A stretch of DNA of 64,000 nucleotides, taken from Tubiluchus corallicola (lineage: Eukaryota; Animalia; Priapulida). Below, piece after piece: positions 53,701 to 63,284 of the stretch. The notes beneath the pieces were generated by a model. The model was given only the letters and a program-made list of their open reading frames with translations. It was not told where the DNA came from and ran no database searches. How positions within the stretch are numbered: the first letter of the stretch is position 1; every line of letters starts with the position of its first letter. Where the stretch lies: NCBI GenBank assembly GCA_030141605.1, contig JAQGDQ010000194.1, positions 310,001 through 374,000 on the forward strand, in the 5' to 3' direction. A program made the translations under genes and the position numbers.

Positions 53701-56700
53701 TTCCTGCACTTATATTACCGAGCCATTTCTTCCTCTGTCGCTGTTACCCGCACCACTCAGTACACACTGTAAAGGCTTTTAACGAATTTTAGAAAAGGAG
53801 TAATTTCTAAATTCTCAAGTATGTGAAGTTATTTAAAAATATTAATTTATATAAGTGATTCAGTGAATTAATAATAAAATATAGAAGCATGCTTTTCTAA
53901 ATCACACAAGTCTGTTTATTTACAAAAATTTCTTCTTTTCTTCGTCATGCTCTGTAGGTTCAGCTAAGCATCCACTTACTACCCGACAATTTTAACATTG
54001 ACCTGAATAGTCGATTCAATTTCCACCCAACGTTTCAAATTTGTTGCTGCTCATACCTAATGATGCAGTTGGGCTTATCTCTTGCAAAGTGAGAATTGCG
54101 GTCTTAGTTTTATTCACACGAGTGAATCTAGCATTAGTGAAGCAGTTATGAATTGTGTGTTCTGTGACAATAAACCCAGTTCAGGACATAGCCAATAAAT
54201 GCAATACATTGAAAAGGATCCCCCGAATCCATCGCTTCATAGTCTCAATGTGCACTGCCTCTTTTTTGCTTTACTTAATTGTATCTTATAATATTAACAA
54301 CTTTTGCATGATTTTTCTTTATTACGCTAAAATGAACTTCATTGAAGGCGTTTCTAAGACCAATAGTGTTATAAACGAACTCTATGTACAAAACGCCATG
54401 TACAAAAGGTATTAAATCTGTAAATAGGGGCGACTTAGTTGACCATATGGTCTTTGGCCACCTTTCACCACGCAGTTATGCTTTCTTTTCAACACCAAGT
54501 AGGTACTAACAAATACCTATTAGTATGTAAATTGTGAAAATTACTGCTATGTCTATCACGTACTGTAAAACATAAAGGAGCTAAATAAGCAATCTTAATC
54601 TTAATCTCAATCTTCTTAGATGCTGGATTCTCATTTTGGCTTGCTAACTACTCAATTTCCAACTGCGCTGTTTGCATACCTCTCCCCATCTTTGAAAGTG
54701 CTTCTTAGATATTTACGCTTATGCTCTATGTTTTCAAAATTAACACAGCACTCTAATTTGTTCTGTGATGTTTACTCCTGTAAGTCATTTGCAGAAACTG
54801 CACATGCATCAGAGGTATAACAGCTATAGTTAACTAATTAAACATTCTATGAAAACCATTAACAGCTTAAAAAGCAAACCACTAGACAAGTGATTAAATG
54901 CTTAGCTTCTAGAAACTTTTCGATAACGAGGTTAATTGCAGCAGATGAAAGTGTAACAGAATCAAAGCAAAACTGCTATGCTAGCGTATTAGTGCAAGAC
55001 ACTTACAAACATGACATGAATTTTTCTATACATATACATTATAAAGCACAAAAGCGAACTAAGATGACATAAAAGTAATAAAAGCTCATTGATCATTCAA
55101 AAGTGTCTTATTTGAGCATGTGAAGCAAAATAAGGAGTCTAACATAATAACAATGATTTTGGCAGACTGCCTAATCAGCGTGCAAGTTATTTCACACACC
55201 CATGCCGAAATTAGTTAATGCAGGTACCTTCATGACAATTAGCTACAGCTGTGTCAAATACCGTTATGAAAAATGCACAATTTTTCATTAGTTAGCGGGA
55301 GAAATATTGGCCTGGTTCTAAATTTTTTATTGTCAATTGAAATTGTAAGTGAATTAGTGGAAATCTATAGTCTAGTTTTGTTTATAGTAAAAAATGCGCA
55401 ATGCTTACGTCTATGAATTGCTGATTAAACCATTTTGCAATCAAGAAAATATGCAGTTTAGTTTAGTTTATGGCTTTGCAAGTTAGATAAAAAACAACTT
55501 GATTAACTTTAAATAAGGGCACAAAATGAAATATTTTCTTTTCTGGTCAGTTTTTATAAACCTCAATGAGATCTTTACAGTCAAAATTAATTCAAATGTG
55601 ATCAAAACTTATATTATACATAAGTGTAATACTAGTCAATTTTATGCTATTTTTCTGGTTATAATCATGGTTAAAAGATGCCATTGGGACTTATGCAACT
55701 CGGGCAATTAAAATAAGGGTCGTCTATGGAAAGGAACAATAAAATTTATTCTATTTCCGTAGCCTAACAAATGGAAAATACAAACTCTGAATAAATCTTG
55801 CAGATGAACACATGATCAGTCAATATAGAAAAAATACATCTCAGGCAAGAATTGATGTTCGCATGTTCAAAGGCAAAAGAGACTTAACATTTTTGTAGCT
55901 CATTTATTGTAAAGCAAGATTAACTGGATTAGTTTCTTTATAACGTCTCTGTATTCTGCTTAAATTGAAAAGTCATTTTTGGCTACTTGTAGTGTTAATT
56001 TCGTGTTTTAATAGACGCCGCTTTGCAAATTTATGTTTATGAAAAGTGCAATCAGTTTATCTGCTGATTAGACGTCAATTATGACTGTCATGTTGTTTAG
56101 TTTAGTCTAGAGAGTTGCTGTCCAGAGTCAAATGTTGTCCCAAATGCCGCTGAGTGTGCTTATTAGAGGCAGTGCGATAGACCAATATATTTGACGTCAA
56201 TTGTTGGAGCTAGATGGATGAGTGCAAAAACTGTGTGTCTCTCGCGTGTAAAAACTGTGTTGCTGAGCCAAATGAACTTTCTTACTGCATGAATTTTTTC
56301 ATCATAAACGTAAACTTTCTGAGAGCAATGCATCATTCGCCTCACTTCCATGCCACTATACTTAAATAGTAATTGCCAGGCTGGCCAAATTGTAAGCAGA
56401 CACAATGAATGTGGTTTAATACTACATACAACAAAGTCACAATGCCAAAAGAAACTAAAAAATGCAATGATAAATTTCTTACCTCCCATTCTAGGCTTTG
56501 TACAGACTGAACCACATTTAGCAGAACTGCAACATCTATAGGCCCCAAGACAATCATCATCTCTAACACATGACACATTCATAGACGGACAGTGCAAGCC
56601 CTTCCCATCTACATCAGGACAGGCACCCTTTTTTGGTATGTCATTTTTTTCTTTAAAGACAAAAACAACAGTTAGTTCACTAGCAATAAGTCTAACACGC

Positions 56701-59700
56701 AAATAAATACAATAATATATTACACAATAAAATGAGAAAGCAATCTGTCCCTTAAACATAGTTTTACATTTTGTTCTGTAAACTGTAGGCCCGTTGTGAG
56801 GGCCCTAGCCAAGCAGAATTTTTGCCATTTTAAGAAACAAAAGGCAAATATTATGGACCAACAGATAATCAGCCATTTGGTACAAGACTTTTGGGTACAA
56901 GGCTTCGCTCGAAAGTAATGTGCAAATATTTGATTTTGTGAATTGGATAGAGGGTACTGATATGACGTAATTTAGCCACTAAGGTCACTAATCATACCAA
57001 CAAATGAAAGCCCACATAAAACTTTCTATTTGTCCCTGCTAATAGTGGCAAAGTGTCTATTTGTGAATATTTTGGAGTTATGAATCTCCAAAGTGCAAGA
57101 TCATTTCGCGACCTTTTATATCCGGTGGCAGCATGCCAAAATGCAAAATTTAGCAAAAGCAGAATTTTTGCCATCTTAAGAAATAAAAGACAAATTCAGT
57201 TCCACTTTATAACTTAGTAACTGTTCTCCTCTTAATAACTACAATATAATAAATGCATTTAATAATGTCACTTTTGATGAGCTTCTACAGCAATGTCAAA
57301 ATGAAAATGACATTAGTAACGGTTCTAGTACCAATAACAATTTGGACAAAGAATTAATAAGCACATCAGATTGACTTCAGTATGAATGACTTCACAACAA
57401 ATCTTTATCACAATAGCTGAATAAAGGGTAGTAGCCATTTTATCGGCGATTTGGCAAGCAATAGTAAAAAAATATTTCAAGGTAGTCAACCCAGACTTTG
57501 TAAAGTAATATTGTTTCATACAGAATTGATTTGATGAATGATGTTTTTGTAAAGACGCAAAGTAAAATTCAGACGTTTCGAACTTATTAGGTTGAGCCGC
57601 ATATTACAGGTACAAAAAATTTGTGGTGGACTAAAAAAAATTTGCAGCAATAATGTAAAGTAAAATGATCTAGGCTGCTGTTTATGACAAAGTCATAAAG
57701 TTAAGATTCTGCATTATCACTAAAACTAAAAAAAAATCTTTGCTGACTTCATCTTTCTCTGAAGATCATAATTTGCTATTGCTGAATTCTCCATGCTTGA
57801 TTACCTGGGAAATCTATTTCATTGCAACCCCACTTTAACACTTTAGCCAATGTCACGTGATCTGGCCATGCCCACTTTCCGAAATTTTTTTTAATAAATA
57901 TCTGCAATCGACAGTCTACCCACCCATACGTCCAAAACAAAAGCTTCTAGTACAATACAGTAAGTGGTGTTGAGTGACAATGTTGTAGAAATTTGCAATC
58001 ATTTTATTGTAAAACGTATACAATGTTCACAGACCATAAAATTGAACAAACAGTCATAAAGTTAGCATAATATTTTACAGTAGAAATTTTGCATCCTTTC
58101 TCAATGCTGTCTCTAGATCAACTGAAACTTGCATGCCTGACAGAATAAAGCTGTAATCACATGACCAGACCTACAAGTTCCTAATGGACGGTACATTACA
58201 TTCATGCATACATACCATAAATGGAAAGGCCACCTACATTCTACAGACTACTAGTCAAACCAAAATCAAAGTCTACTTGGCTTCTTTGATAGAATAAAAA
58301 TTAATGGTTTACAGAAAGCTGTGTTACAATGTTATAATTTTTCTCTATTTAAACTTGAATAAGAGAGTTAGATCCAGAATTAAAGCGTGAAATTAACAAC
58401 CTAATTACTCTGATTAATGACTACCTCTAAAAGCAAAAGGAAACAATATTTAGAAGCAAAAATCAATCTCTGACAAACTTTGTACAATTAGAGTAAAACA
58501 ACGACTGTAGATGGCAGCATAGACTAATTCAGTACTGTAGTGTAGTAGTCTAACAATTAAATGGATCACATAATACTACAATCGCGTACTCGGTACAATA
58601 AGCGACAAAAGTCATTCGCCCTAATTTTAACATTTTGAGTCCTACCAATATGACTTTTGAACCAGAGGTAAAAATTACCATAATTCTCTTTGTCTATTTA
58701 GGTTAGATGCTTGCCCTAAAAGTTTAGTGGTTCTAGCTCTTACACATATGGGGTTATTGGCCAAACCCCTTTTTAACACTTTTGCACACGTGACGTGACC
58801 TGGCCAAACCTATTTTTTGAAAAATACTTCATGCACATCTACACTCATTCACCTACCCATAAATGCATAAACAGTGTCCCCTAGTCCAATACTGTAAGAG
58901 TTTTCACACTAATTTTTAGATTTTGACTCCTAACTTTCCCAGACTGCAATTTCAGAAAGATACTTAATCCTTTCTGCCCCACAGGTCCAACTAACTGTAA
59001 AAGAAATTTTGAGTTTAACTGTTGAGTGACAAAGGAAAAACTGGCCGATGTCCAGTGTCCTTTACCCTTTGACCGGTCACTACACCAGTGTTAGAACTCC
59101 AAGCCCACTTTTCTAGAAATACTCAATGCATACACATCTACTTTTGCCTGGTTATCCATACATGCATAAATTAGTCCTAGTCCAAAGCTGTAAGAATTGA
59201 GGGACAAAGTCGTCCACTCTGGTTTTCACATTTTGGGTCTTGCTGCTTGACCTTTGACCCTGCAAGCTTCATGATTCTAGCTCTTATACATATGGAGTTG
59301 TTGACCAGACCCAATTTTAACACTTTTGCCCAGGCAACGCCCACTTTTCCAGTGCATATTTACTGCACATCTACAACCCCCCACACCTACCCTCACATAC
59401 ATAAACATTGACTCCCTGTCCAATACTGCCAGGGGAGTTGTGTGACAAAGCGATTTGCCCACATTTTTCACATTTTGGCGCCTACCTCGGGCTCGTAAAA
59501 AATCTCAGGTCTTCAAGACCCCTGGTGCACATTTACCTAATAGTAACTTAATTCCTGTGAAAAAAATGAATTAAACTCAAAACCCAAGTAGATTAGTAAT
59601 TGAAAAACAGACCAATGTCCAGCATCCTTGGCCCTTTAAACAGAGGTCACTGGTCAATGTCTGTCCCCCAGCCTTAAGTGTCTACCCACCAAGTTTGGTA

Positions 59701-60158
59701 ATAGAAGTTATAGAAGTCTTTGTTCTAGGTAACATCGTTTTGGAGTTATTCACTGTCTAGTGGAGAAATAAAGCAAGAAAGAAATGGTTGATTCCCAAAA
59801 AACTTCTGCAATAAGTATATATTTAACCATACACTAATAGTCAAAATACCCATTCTCACATATGGGTGAAGTTCAGTGGATGGATGAATGGATAAAATAA
59901 TGGCTGCCCGGCCAAATCAATGAATGGACAGGAAGGATGACACTGAAATTTTAGTTTATAATATTGTTAAATCTGCTGTTAGATATAAATAAAGTGGGTA
60001 GCCTTTTTGTAATAACGCAAACATGCAAAAAGCATCTGTAAATAACATTTACTTGTTTTAAGGCATAGTGCAAGCGCTGGACAAAATTCTTGTTTACAAT
60101 CAACTTCTGCTGTGAAACACACTTCTTCTTCACCATGACACGCTTTACGGGTTATCTC
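334..60158 (-). CDS. Large multi-exon gene (partial at both ends): multidomain protease inhibitor with WAP, thyroglobulin-1, antistasin, Lustrin-type Cys-rich, Kazal and Kunitz modules
   Basis: Sixteen GT-AG bounded Cys-rich exons splice in frame without stops. Thirteen are phase 1-1; the antistasin exon is 1-0 and the two Cys-rich exons are 0-1. Confidence 0.88.
2066..2892. mobile_element. Tc1/mariner-pogo-type MITE
   Basis: Perfect 22-bp inverted repeat TAGTTGCCGCTTAATAGACTCA (2071-2092 / 2866-2887); right end ...ACTGTA. Confidence 0.75.
2975..3133 (-). CDS. Exon: WAP domain
   Basis: KIGTCPDSFEFDSKGKNCPTASCSTDNDCPGAEKCCKSTKCGVICSKP; 159 nt; paralogue of exon 56483-56650. Confidence 0.92.
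3260..3325. repeat. (CA)n/(CACG)n microsatellite
   Basis: Direct reading. Confidence 0.95.
3671..3808 (-). CDS. Exon: Kazal domain
   Basis: CYCSPKLKFVCGSDGLKYRNKCTLRC...DC; 138 nt, phase 1-1. Confidence 0.9.
4020..4555. repeat. Tandem duplication, two ~265-bp units
   Basis: aaagtttaac.tgtgaact...ccaattttagataa...gaaaaagtgtacaa...taatctgg occurs from ~4030 and again from ~4290. Confidence 0.85.
5600..6150 (-). pseudogene. Copia-like gag remnant
   Basis: LKKPDGLYLLIQSLDKNFGKDE...EKFEDLER...FEQAKKYLLKF resembles invertebrate Copia gag; many stops. Confidence 0.45.
6780..7230 (+). pseudogene. LINE (CR1/L2-like) ORF2 3' remnant
   Basis: Decayed KISK..G...R and RLWN-type C-terminal motifs, ending in an A-rich stretch. 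Confidence 0.4.
8636..8812 (-). CDS. Exon: Kunitz/BPTI domain (P1 Lys)
   Basis: ICELPRDVGNCKEKHRRWFWD...[26 protein letters not shown]; 177 nt. Confidence 0.95.
9180..9460. repeat. Degenerate (GTGTG/GTGGT)n simple repeat
   Basis: Direct reading; produces spurious His/Thr/Pro-rich ORFs. Confidence 0.85.
10950..11420. repeat. Dispersed repeat with internal subrepeats (possibly Helitron/Helentron-derived)
   Basis: agatcata...tgctgaa...ctccatgc...ggaaatc...attgcaa and agtccaatactgtaag blocks shared with 57740-59650. Confidence 0.65.
14388..14552 (-). CDS. Exon: Kazal domain
   Basis: CICERRSDHVCGTDGKQYDNLCKLEC...NC; 165 nt; same donor context (C|gtaaatattatt) as the Kazal exon at 22876. Confidence 0.93.
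16160..17830. mobile_element. Possible solo LTR (~1.67 kb)
   Basis: Ends T(T)TTACTAG ... CTAGTAACA form a short inverted repeat with a CA terminus; non-coding with a GC-richer core; no TSD found. Confidence 0.35.
19935..20114 (-). CDS. Exon: Kunitz/BPTI domain (P1 Leu)
   Basis: VCQLPPKSGICLAYFPSWFWN...[26 protein letters not shown]; 180 nt. Confidence 0.95.
20702..20776. repeat. (TA)n microsatellite
   Basis: Direct reading. Confidence 0.97.
21207..21374 (-). CDS. Exon: Kunitz/BPTI domain (P1 Tyr)
   Basis: ACDLPSDSGLCYARIFRWFYNGKTKMCEIFIYGGCGGNKNNFPTLQECSAYC; 168 nt, donor G|gtaag. This frame is absent from the ORF track. Confidence 0.95.
21674..21853 (-). CDS. Exon: Kunitz/BPTI domain (P1 Gln)
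   Basis: ICNIPSESGPCQAYMPRWFWN...[26 protein letters not shown]; 180 nt. Confidence 0.95.
22876..23052 (-). CDS. Exon: Kazal domain
   Basis: CTCEEKFDPVCGSDGRQFDNLCELEC...DC; 177 nt, phase 1-1. Confidence 0.93.
24142..24327 (-). CDS. Exon: Lustrin/WR1-type cysteine-rich repeat
   Basis: NPCRTGSP...TCVNETQCPSGYECFH...VCCP pattern; 186 nt, phase 1-1, donor CCAG|gtaagt. Confidence 0.85.
25361..25519 (-). CDS. Exon: divergent WAP domain
   Basis: EGKCPLYLPSFECDSLMECKHEPYYCERKGEICCPGPNTCKGKNICVGP; 8 Cys including CC; tgcag| acceptor and G|gtaac donor; 159 nt. Confidence 0.85.
25830..27108. mobile_element. Non-autonomous DNA transposon with ~90-bp TIRs
   Basis: GGCACTCTTTTAGAATTCAGGT at the left and ACCTGAATTCTAAAAGAGTGCC at the right, similarity extending through atatgattgcttag.gcaatatga; TSD unclear. 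Confidence 0.85.
30400..31152 (-). pseudogene. Polinton major capsid protein (double jelly-roll), N-terminal part, frameshifted
   Basis: Motifs KSVLDLF...QVDI...PIEF....DEYL, GVDLRIRLIR and LYLRRVRVLPSILKAH match recalled Polinton MCP motifs (KSELDLF, GPIEF, GVDxRIxL, LxVRKVxVxPxxxxAH). Confidence 0.85.
31180..31540 (-). pseudogene. Small basic core-protein-like ORF remnant (Q-x-G-x-G motif)
   Basis: Disrupted KRQ*GxGIAGI motif followed by an amphipathic stretch and a basic KKRKRSKTR tail; lies between the minor and major capsid genes. Confidence 0.5.
31550..32294 (-). pseudogene. Polinton minor capsid (penton) protein
   Basis: N-terminal FYVLLASNAS...PENRPSSFRVQL...L.G and C-terminal VPLL...YYHKV...VDFHWGHMLLNLHFR; frameshifted. 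Confidence 0.85.
32294..33274 (-). pseudogene. Retroviral-like (RVE) integrase with C-terminal chromodomain
   Basis: KIYY...EWLSAQPAY...QFQAGL...NDGYKHMVTVVDCFSYYAWARALKNK; LQVGDLVRISK; EIVLKTKGKGKHKRFFAKWLDYP...SWI. The first catalytic Asp is replaced by Gly (QAG) and the core is partly deleted. Confidence 0.92.
33421..33815. repeat. CCCTAA-rich minisatellite with a recurring CCCTCCAAATAATG unit, resembling the element's own terminal region inverted
   Basis: About 7 copies of ccctccaaataat interspersed with (ccctaa)-like units. 33770-33810 resembles the reverse complement of 38595-38635. Confidence 0.75.
33830..34342 (-). pseudogene. Conserved Polinton protein of unknown function
   Basis: Starts MYSQMVLVP and contains SHLVDLINYA...PPREWSDFSEYLKEISVP..LG, a motif set I recall from Maverick ORFs lying between the ATPase and integrase genes. 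Confidence 0.65.
34346..34709 (-). pseudogene. Adenovirus pX-like basic core protein precursor
   Basis: LKPKQIKVLK...LRRLA...RRRVLVQNGGIFPIIPILAGIFGATSAAASVA; one frameshift. Confidence 0.7.
34800..35438 (-). pseudogene. FtsK/HerA-type (A32-like) genome-packaging ATPase, copy A
   Basis: Degenerate Walker A VAGATRARKST, Walker B LVVEDDMM, FITQN and a C-terminal PFSYVLFDLRQETDDSIRMRS. Confidence 0.9.
35610..36010 (+). pseudogene. Orphan Polinton gene with putative intron 35845-35935 (copy A, internally deleted)
   Basis: DDTSL*IEK...NDTVVFPL...QFQ|gtgagt...ttttag|...FMWIKEKMRV; homologous to the copy B gene. Confidence 0.5.
36360..36730 (+). pseudogene. Conserved Polinton accessory protein (FKPP / HGxxWxxG / YVKG motifs; possibly a DEDD-type nuclease fold)
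   Basis: Reconstructed across frameshifts: YHNCSFKPPHLW...HGAWWEE.MLEY...ITYVKGLEMYSFV...ANYLLTL*. Several differences from copy B are synonymous in these frames. Confidence 0.6.
36727..37170 (+). pseudogene. TATA-binding-protein (TBP)-like gene, copy A
   Basis: VNIIATASF...; VRTVTSKAKISCSLNLPTLY...FYEVKLFPKLTCKRDQIMLTVFYTASVIING versus TBP repeat 2 (YEPELFPGL...LLIFVSGKxVxTG). One stop, frameshifts and a deletion in repeat 1. Confidence 0.8.
37706..38258. mobile_element. hAT-type MITE nested in Polinton A
   Basis: TIRs CAGGCTGCATAGGATTATGGATAT / ATATCAATAATCTTATGCACCCTG; perfect 8-bp TSD ACTAACAG at 37698-37705 and 38259-38266. Confidence 0.9.
38520..38585 (+). ncRNA. tRNA-like Pol III unit near the right end of Polinton A
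   Basis: A-box-like TGGACTAGCGG and B-box GGTTCGAAACCC at tRNA-like spacing; no 3' acceptor stem; homologous to ~45019-45075. Confidence 0.45.
39985..40087 (-). CDS. Exon: 5-Cys module completing the PCE- domain after antistasin
   Basis: aatag|GAT...ATA G|gtaac; DFYAICENKGEVCTTAEVECTQLFCPELLLCMKI. Its 0-1 phase exactly bridges the antistasin exon and the next WAP exon. Confidence 0.85.
40278..40970. mobile_element. Partial second copy of the 25830-27108 element
   Basis: Collinear blocks ttagaat.caggtcc, gtttttataaaaaacaaaaaattga and gcgcgttgt.tggcac. Confidence 0.8.
42000..42585 (-). pseudogene. Packaging ATPase, copy B
   Basis: MTELTFDARLKFGSTILVAGPSHDGKNT...FITQNLFQQSKE...SLNSHNLVLF; deletion around Walker B. 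Confidence 0.9.
42840..43614 (+). pseudogene. Orphan Polinton gene with putative intron 43075-43191 (copy B)
   Basis: CAG|gtgaga...tttacag|; splicing joins the frame of ORF 42775 to that of ORF 43369, with two internal stops. Confidence 0.55.
43860..44260 (+). pseudogene. Conserved Polinton accessory protein, copy B
   Basis: AKNLII...GLYHK...HGT*WEEGMLDY...ITCVKGVKMNTFV...ANYL; collinear with 36385-36730. Confidence 0.6.
44258..44780 (+). pseudogene. TBP-like gene, copy B (both TBP repeats visible)
   Basis: Repeat 1: ANIVVTAF..VDLNVL...ISLMIFASRFVVVNG. Repeat 2: FYKAELFPKLTCKHDQITVTVFHTGSLMMNGG. The start codon reads ACG and the ORF is frameshifted. Confidence 0.82.
46025..46140 (-). CDS. 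Exon: antistasin-like domain
   Basis: TLNCDFDPKNCQRKCRHGYVADGSTGCPTCRCKPSPCE fits the C-C-C-xxG-D-GC-xxC-xC pattern; acceptor catag|, donor GAG|gtat (phase 0). Confidence 0.88.
46596..46820 (-). CDS. Exon: thyroglobulin type-1 domain (4-Cys form)
   Basis: ACHVH...PWCLDSGEYNSRQ...FCVDALGYQIPGT...LKCDT; 225 nt, phase 1-1. Confidence 0.88.
48905..48968. repeat. (TGTCY)n pentanucleotide repeat
   Basis: Direct reading. Confidence 0.9.
49700..50160. repeat. Degenerate (GTGTG/GTGGT)n simple repeat
   Basis: Same type as 9180-9460. Confidence 0.85.
53825..55130. repeat. Diverged, interrupted copy of the internal sequence of the 2066-2892 MITE
   Basis: Shared blocks aaatattaatttatataagtga, cttttctaaatcacacaagtctg, caagtgattaaatg and aagatgacataaaagtaa. 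Confidence 0.7.
56483..56650 (-). CDS. Exon: WAP (four-disulfide core) domain
   Basis: KKGACPDVDGKGLHCPSMNVSCVRDDDCLGAYRCCSSAKCGSVCTKP; 8-Cys WAP pattern; 168 nt, phase 1-1, donor G|gtaag. Confidence 0.92.
57740..59700. repeat. Cluster of the same dispersed repeat family with tandem subrepeats
   Basis: Recurrent catctac...cacctaccca and gtccaatactgtaag...ttttcacattttgg units. Confidence 0.65.
60053..60158 (-). CDS. Exon: 5-Cys module (second part of the post-antistasin Cys-rich domain)
   Basis: aacag|GAG...ACA A|gtaaat, phase 0-1. EITRKACHGEEEVCFTAEVDCKQEFCPALALCLKT; paralogous to exon 39985-40087. This frame is absent from the ORF track. Confidence 0.8.
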
Positions 60159-61589
60159 CTGTTATATAAAAAACAACATTAACACTGACAATAACTAATA
60201 TTTTTCTTTAAACGACAATAACGAAAACCTTTTGCATAAAAAAAACCTTTCATAGACAAGCAATAAAATGACGTAAATAGCTAGATTTGCAAATATTTTT
60301 AGTGACTTGTGGCTTTAGTTTTATTGATGCGCAACTTTGTGTTGGTCAGTGTGATGGTCCAGCCATGCTTCCCCATCATTGCAATCATTTTTATTTTCAA
60401 AGTGTGCAAACACTTTACAGCACCATCACACTATTAAAATTATTGCTGAAACTTTTTATCATAACTCTTTATAACTTTTGTCTAGCATCAATTATTTAAC
60501 ATAATGTTATGTTACCATGTCAGTGCTGTCGCCTGTTGTTGATTTCGTTATAATCTAAGTTGTTAACAGGTTTTAATTTTGTTGAATTCAAAAGTGAAGA
60601 CCATTTAGCCAATCAGGTGCTTACATATAGGTAACCTAGTTTCTGGACTGGAAAGATGGCCAAGTAGGTAACATGTGGATTAGAAAAATGGCTGTTAGTA
60701 GCCTTTTAGTTCTGTGAACTGTTAATAATCTTTATGCCAAAACCTGAAGTTTCCTGGTGTTCATGCCAAATCTGTTTATAATATGGATTGATGACATGGA
60801 TCTACACTAAGCTGGAGAATGTTTTATGCACACTAACTATTAGTGAGCCAAGTATTATATGCTTTATTACTGGATCAACATGAGACTTCAACCTGCTGTT
60901 GTTAGAAGCAACCTTTTTACATACTGATTGTAAGGACAATCTGTTCTTTGGATGTTTGGCTAACACCTTGTGCTTCAATCAATTCTGTCAAACTGCCAGA
61001 CAGAGACAATCGACTTTACATGCAGAACGAAGTGTTGTGGATCTTCTGTGTTTCCACCTTACCTACCAAGCAACAATTCCTTACTAAGAGGAAGGGGAGT
61101 GCAAGAGACCACACCGGAAGATCCAGGAGCTCCCAACGCAGAAACTGCATCACTACAGAACACTGGGGGCAGTACTATATTGCTGCTTCGTATAATGTAT
61201 TATTTGTTTATTACTTTGATATCTTCAATAACAATCACTGAAATATTAATTTCATAATTAAACGTTAATTTCTATTTCAAGCTTCAGTATAACCAAACTC
61301 GCTATAATTTCAAGCTTCAGTATAACTAGTTTTAGGAGAGTGCGCCAGTACCTTAATTAGCTCACTAACATGCCACAAACACTTCGTGATCAGATAGAGA
61401 CATATGAATGACCTGTTTAAACCATCCTGACAAGGTAAATTATAACACAAGGTCTTCACAGTCTAATGACACATTTTTTCAAACAAAATCACAGCAAAGA
61501 TTCATTTGGCGGCTCATTATAAATTCTTTTTATTTTTGGGTGACGTACTTGCGATGGAAGTCTCATAAACAGGTCTTGACATTTTGATA

Positions 61590-62830
61590 GTTGGAACATT
61601 TTGGATTTTTGAAGAATTACAGGTACATGTTGTTAAAATTTGAAGTAATTCAGCAGCTTAAGCAACAACCCAGTGATAGCTATCACGTAGGTTTGCCTTG
61701 GAAGTCAGGCATTAAGCAACAGCTGAGGAATCATCGAAAGTTATGTGAAAAATGGTTAAATAATCTCCTCCTTTGAGCTTTGCAGAGTATAACTTCGAAA
61801 TTCAAAATTTGGTGAGGAATGGATATGCTGACCTGGCCCCATCTGCCAATTCTGGTTCAGTCATTTCTTATCTGCTTCATCAATGTGTAGAGCAACAAAC
61901 TTCTATTACAAGTAGGCTTCGCAATGTTCATAATGCTTCGCCTCACACACCTGGCACCTTGTTTTTCAATGTGTTGAGAAAGATATATGTCTTCTGCCAG
62001 TGATGTTGGAAGCAGTTCCGTATTGGTGAAGTTGTCTCGTTCAAGACATTTGGAACGGTAGGAGGGGATGAGACGAATGTCTTTTTCTGGAAGAAATTGT
62101 TAGATTGTTATGTATAATTACTGATTTGAAAGTGCAGAAGCTATGACGGCACATAACTGGCTGGAATTTTCAGACACACTGTTTAGGCAAAAATGCATCT
62201 TTGTTGATGCATCTAGTGAGGCATATTTACGTTTGCAATGAAGGGAACAAGAATTCAATGTTAATCTTGTTGAATTGCAAAGCTGGGAACTGTGACGGAA
62301 CAGCCCATCATTTCTTGGCAGACCAGACATAGAGTGGTTCACATCAGATACAGACATACAATAGAGGAGATTCAACTGTGTTCGCTGTCCATGTGTGTAG
62401 CCACAACGAGAAGTTTTGCATGGATCTTTAGACGGCAATTAATTTATTTTGGTACCTTTTTCCTGGAGGAAGTGTCAGCTGCAAAAACACATGTCCTTAA
62501 TCAAGTTCAAGCATTCCATTTTGCACAGGAACGTACTGTACTTCACCATGGCCAAACTACATCGAGGTCTTCCCCTTCCATTAACTATAAATCTTTTCTT
62601 GATGACAAAGAACTCATTCATATGGGTGGTGCACTTCAAGAAGCTTCTGTATCATGGAAGGACAAACAACCAGGTTTGCTGAAAGGTACGGTGTCATTGA
62701 CTATTCTGTGCAATATTACCATGACAAATGTAATCTTGCAGGAACGTCTATAATTATGACGTCTCTAAGAAAAGACGAGTTGTGGATTTTGAGGGCCGAA
62801 CAGTCTATATCCCCTGTAGGGCCTCCACAC
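61590..62830 (+). pseudogene. BEL/Pao LTR retrotransposon pol remnant
   Basis: YHVGLPWK...L.N...CEKWL, YLLHQCV....TSRLRNVHNAS (Pao YLPHH.V...TTKLR.VFDAS), FVDAS, FLDDKELIHMGG.LQ, YHD....G...LR...WIL. Confidence 0.85.
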
Positions 62831-63284
62831 TATACCACACATTGAAATATTGACTGAATATTTGATATGGAGATAGATCCTATTATTGCAAACCAAATTT
62901 GGAATATGTTGTCCACAACAAAATCTGACCAGGTGTATTCTCCTTTATGCAGTCCAGATTTGTGTACCATTTCAATATACCAATAGAAATTGACAGGTGA
63001 AAACTACCCAAGAATTTTGTGCAGTATAGTGACAGATTTGTGATTTCTCCATGACTGAAAACGTGTGATTATATTTCACATTTTCGATCATTTTTTCTAT
63101 ATTGTGATTATATTTGTCATTTCTTAATTAATATTGTGTATTTTAGTTTCCAATCTATAAAATTACCACTATTCCAGTTATTCCCCATAGTGATTATTAT
63201 TTAAATTTGATCACATTCAGAAATATTTGTTTTTTTGTGAATGAAAATTTAATCTTGAAAAATCCAGCTCATTGAAGTGAAGCA

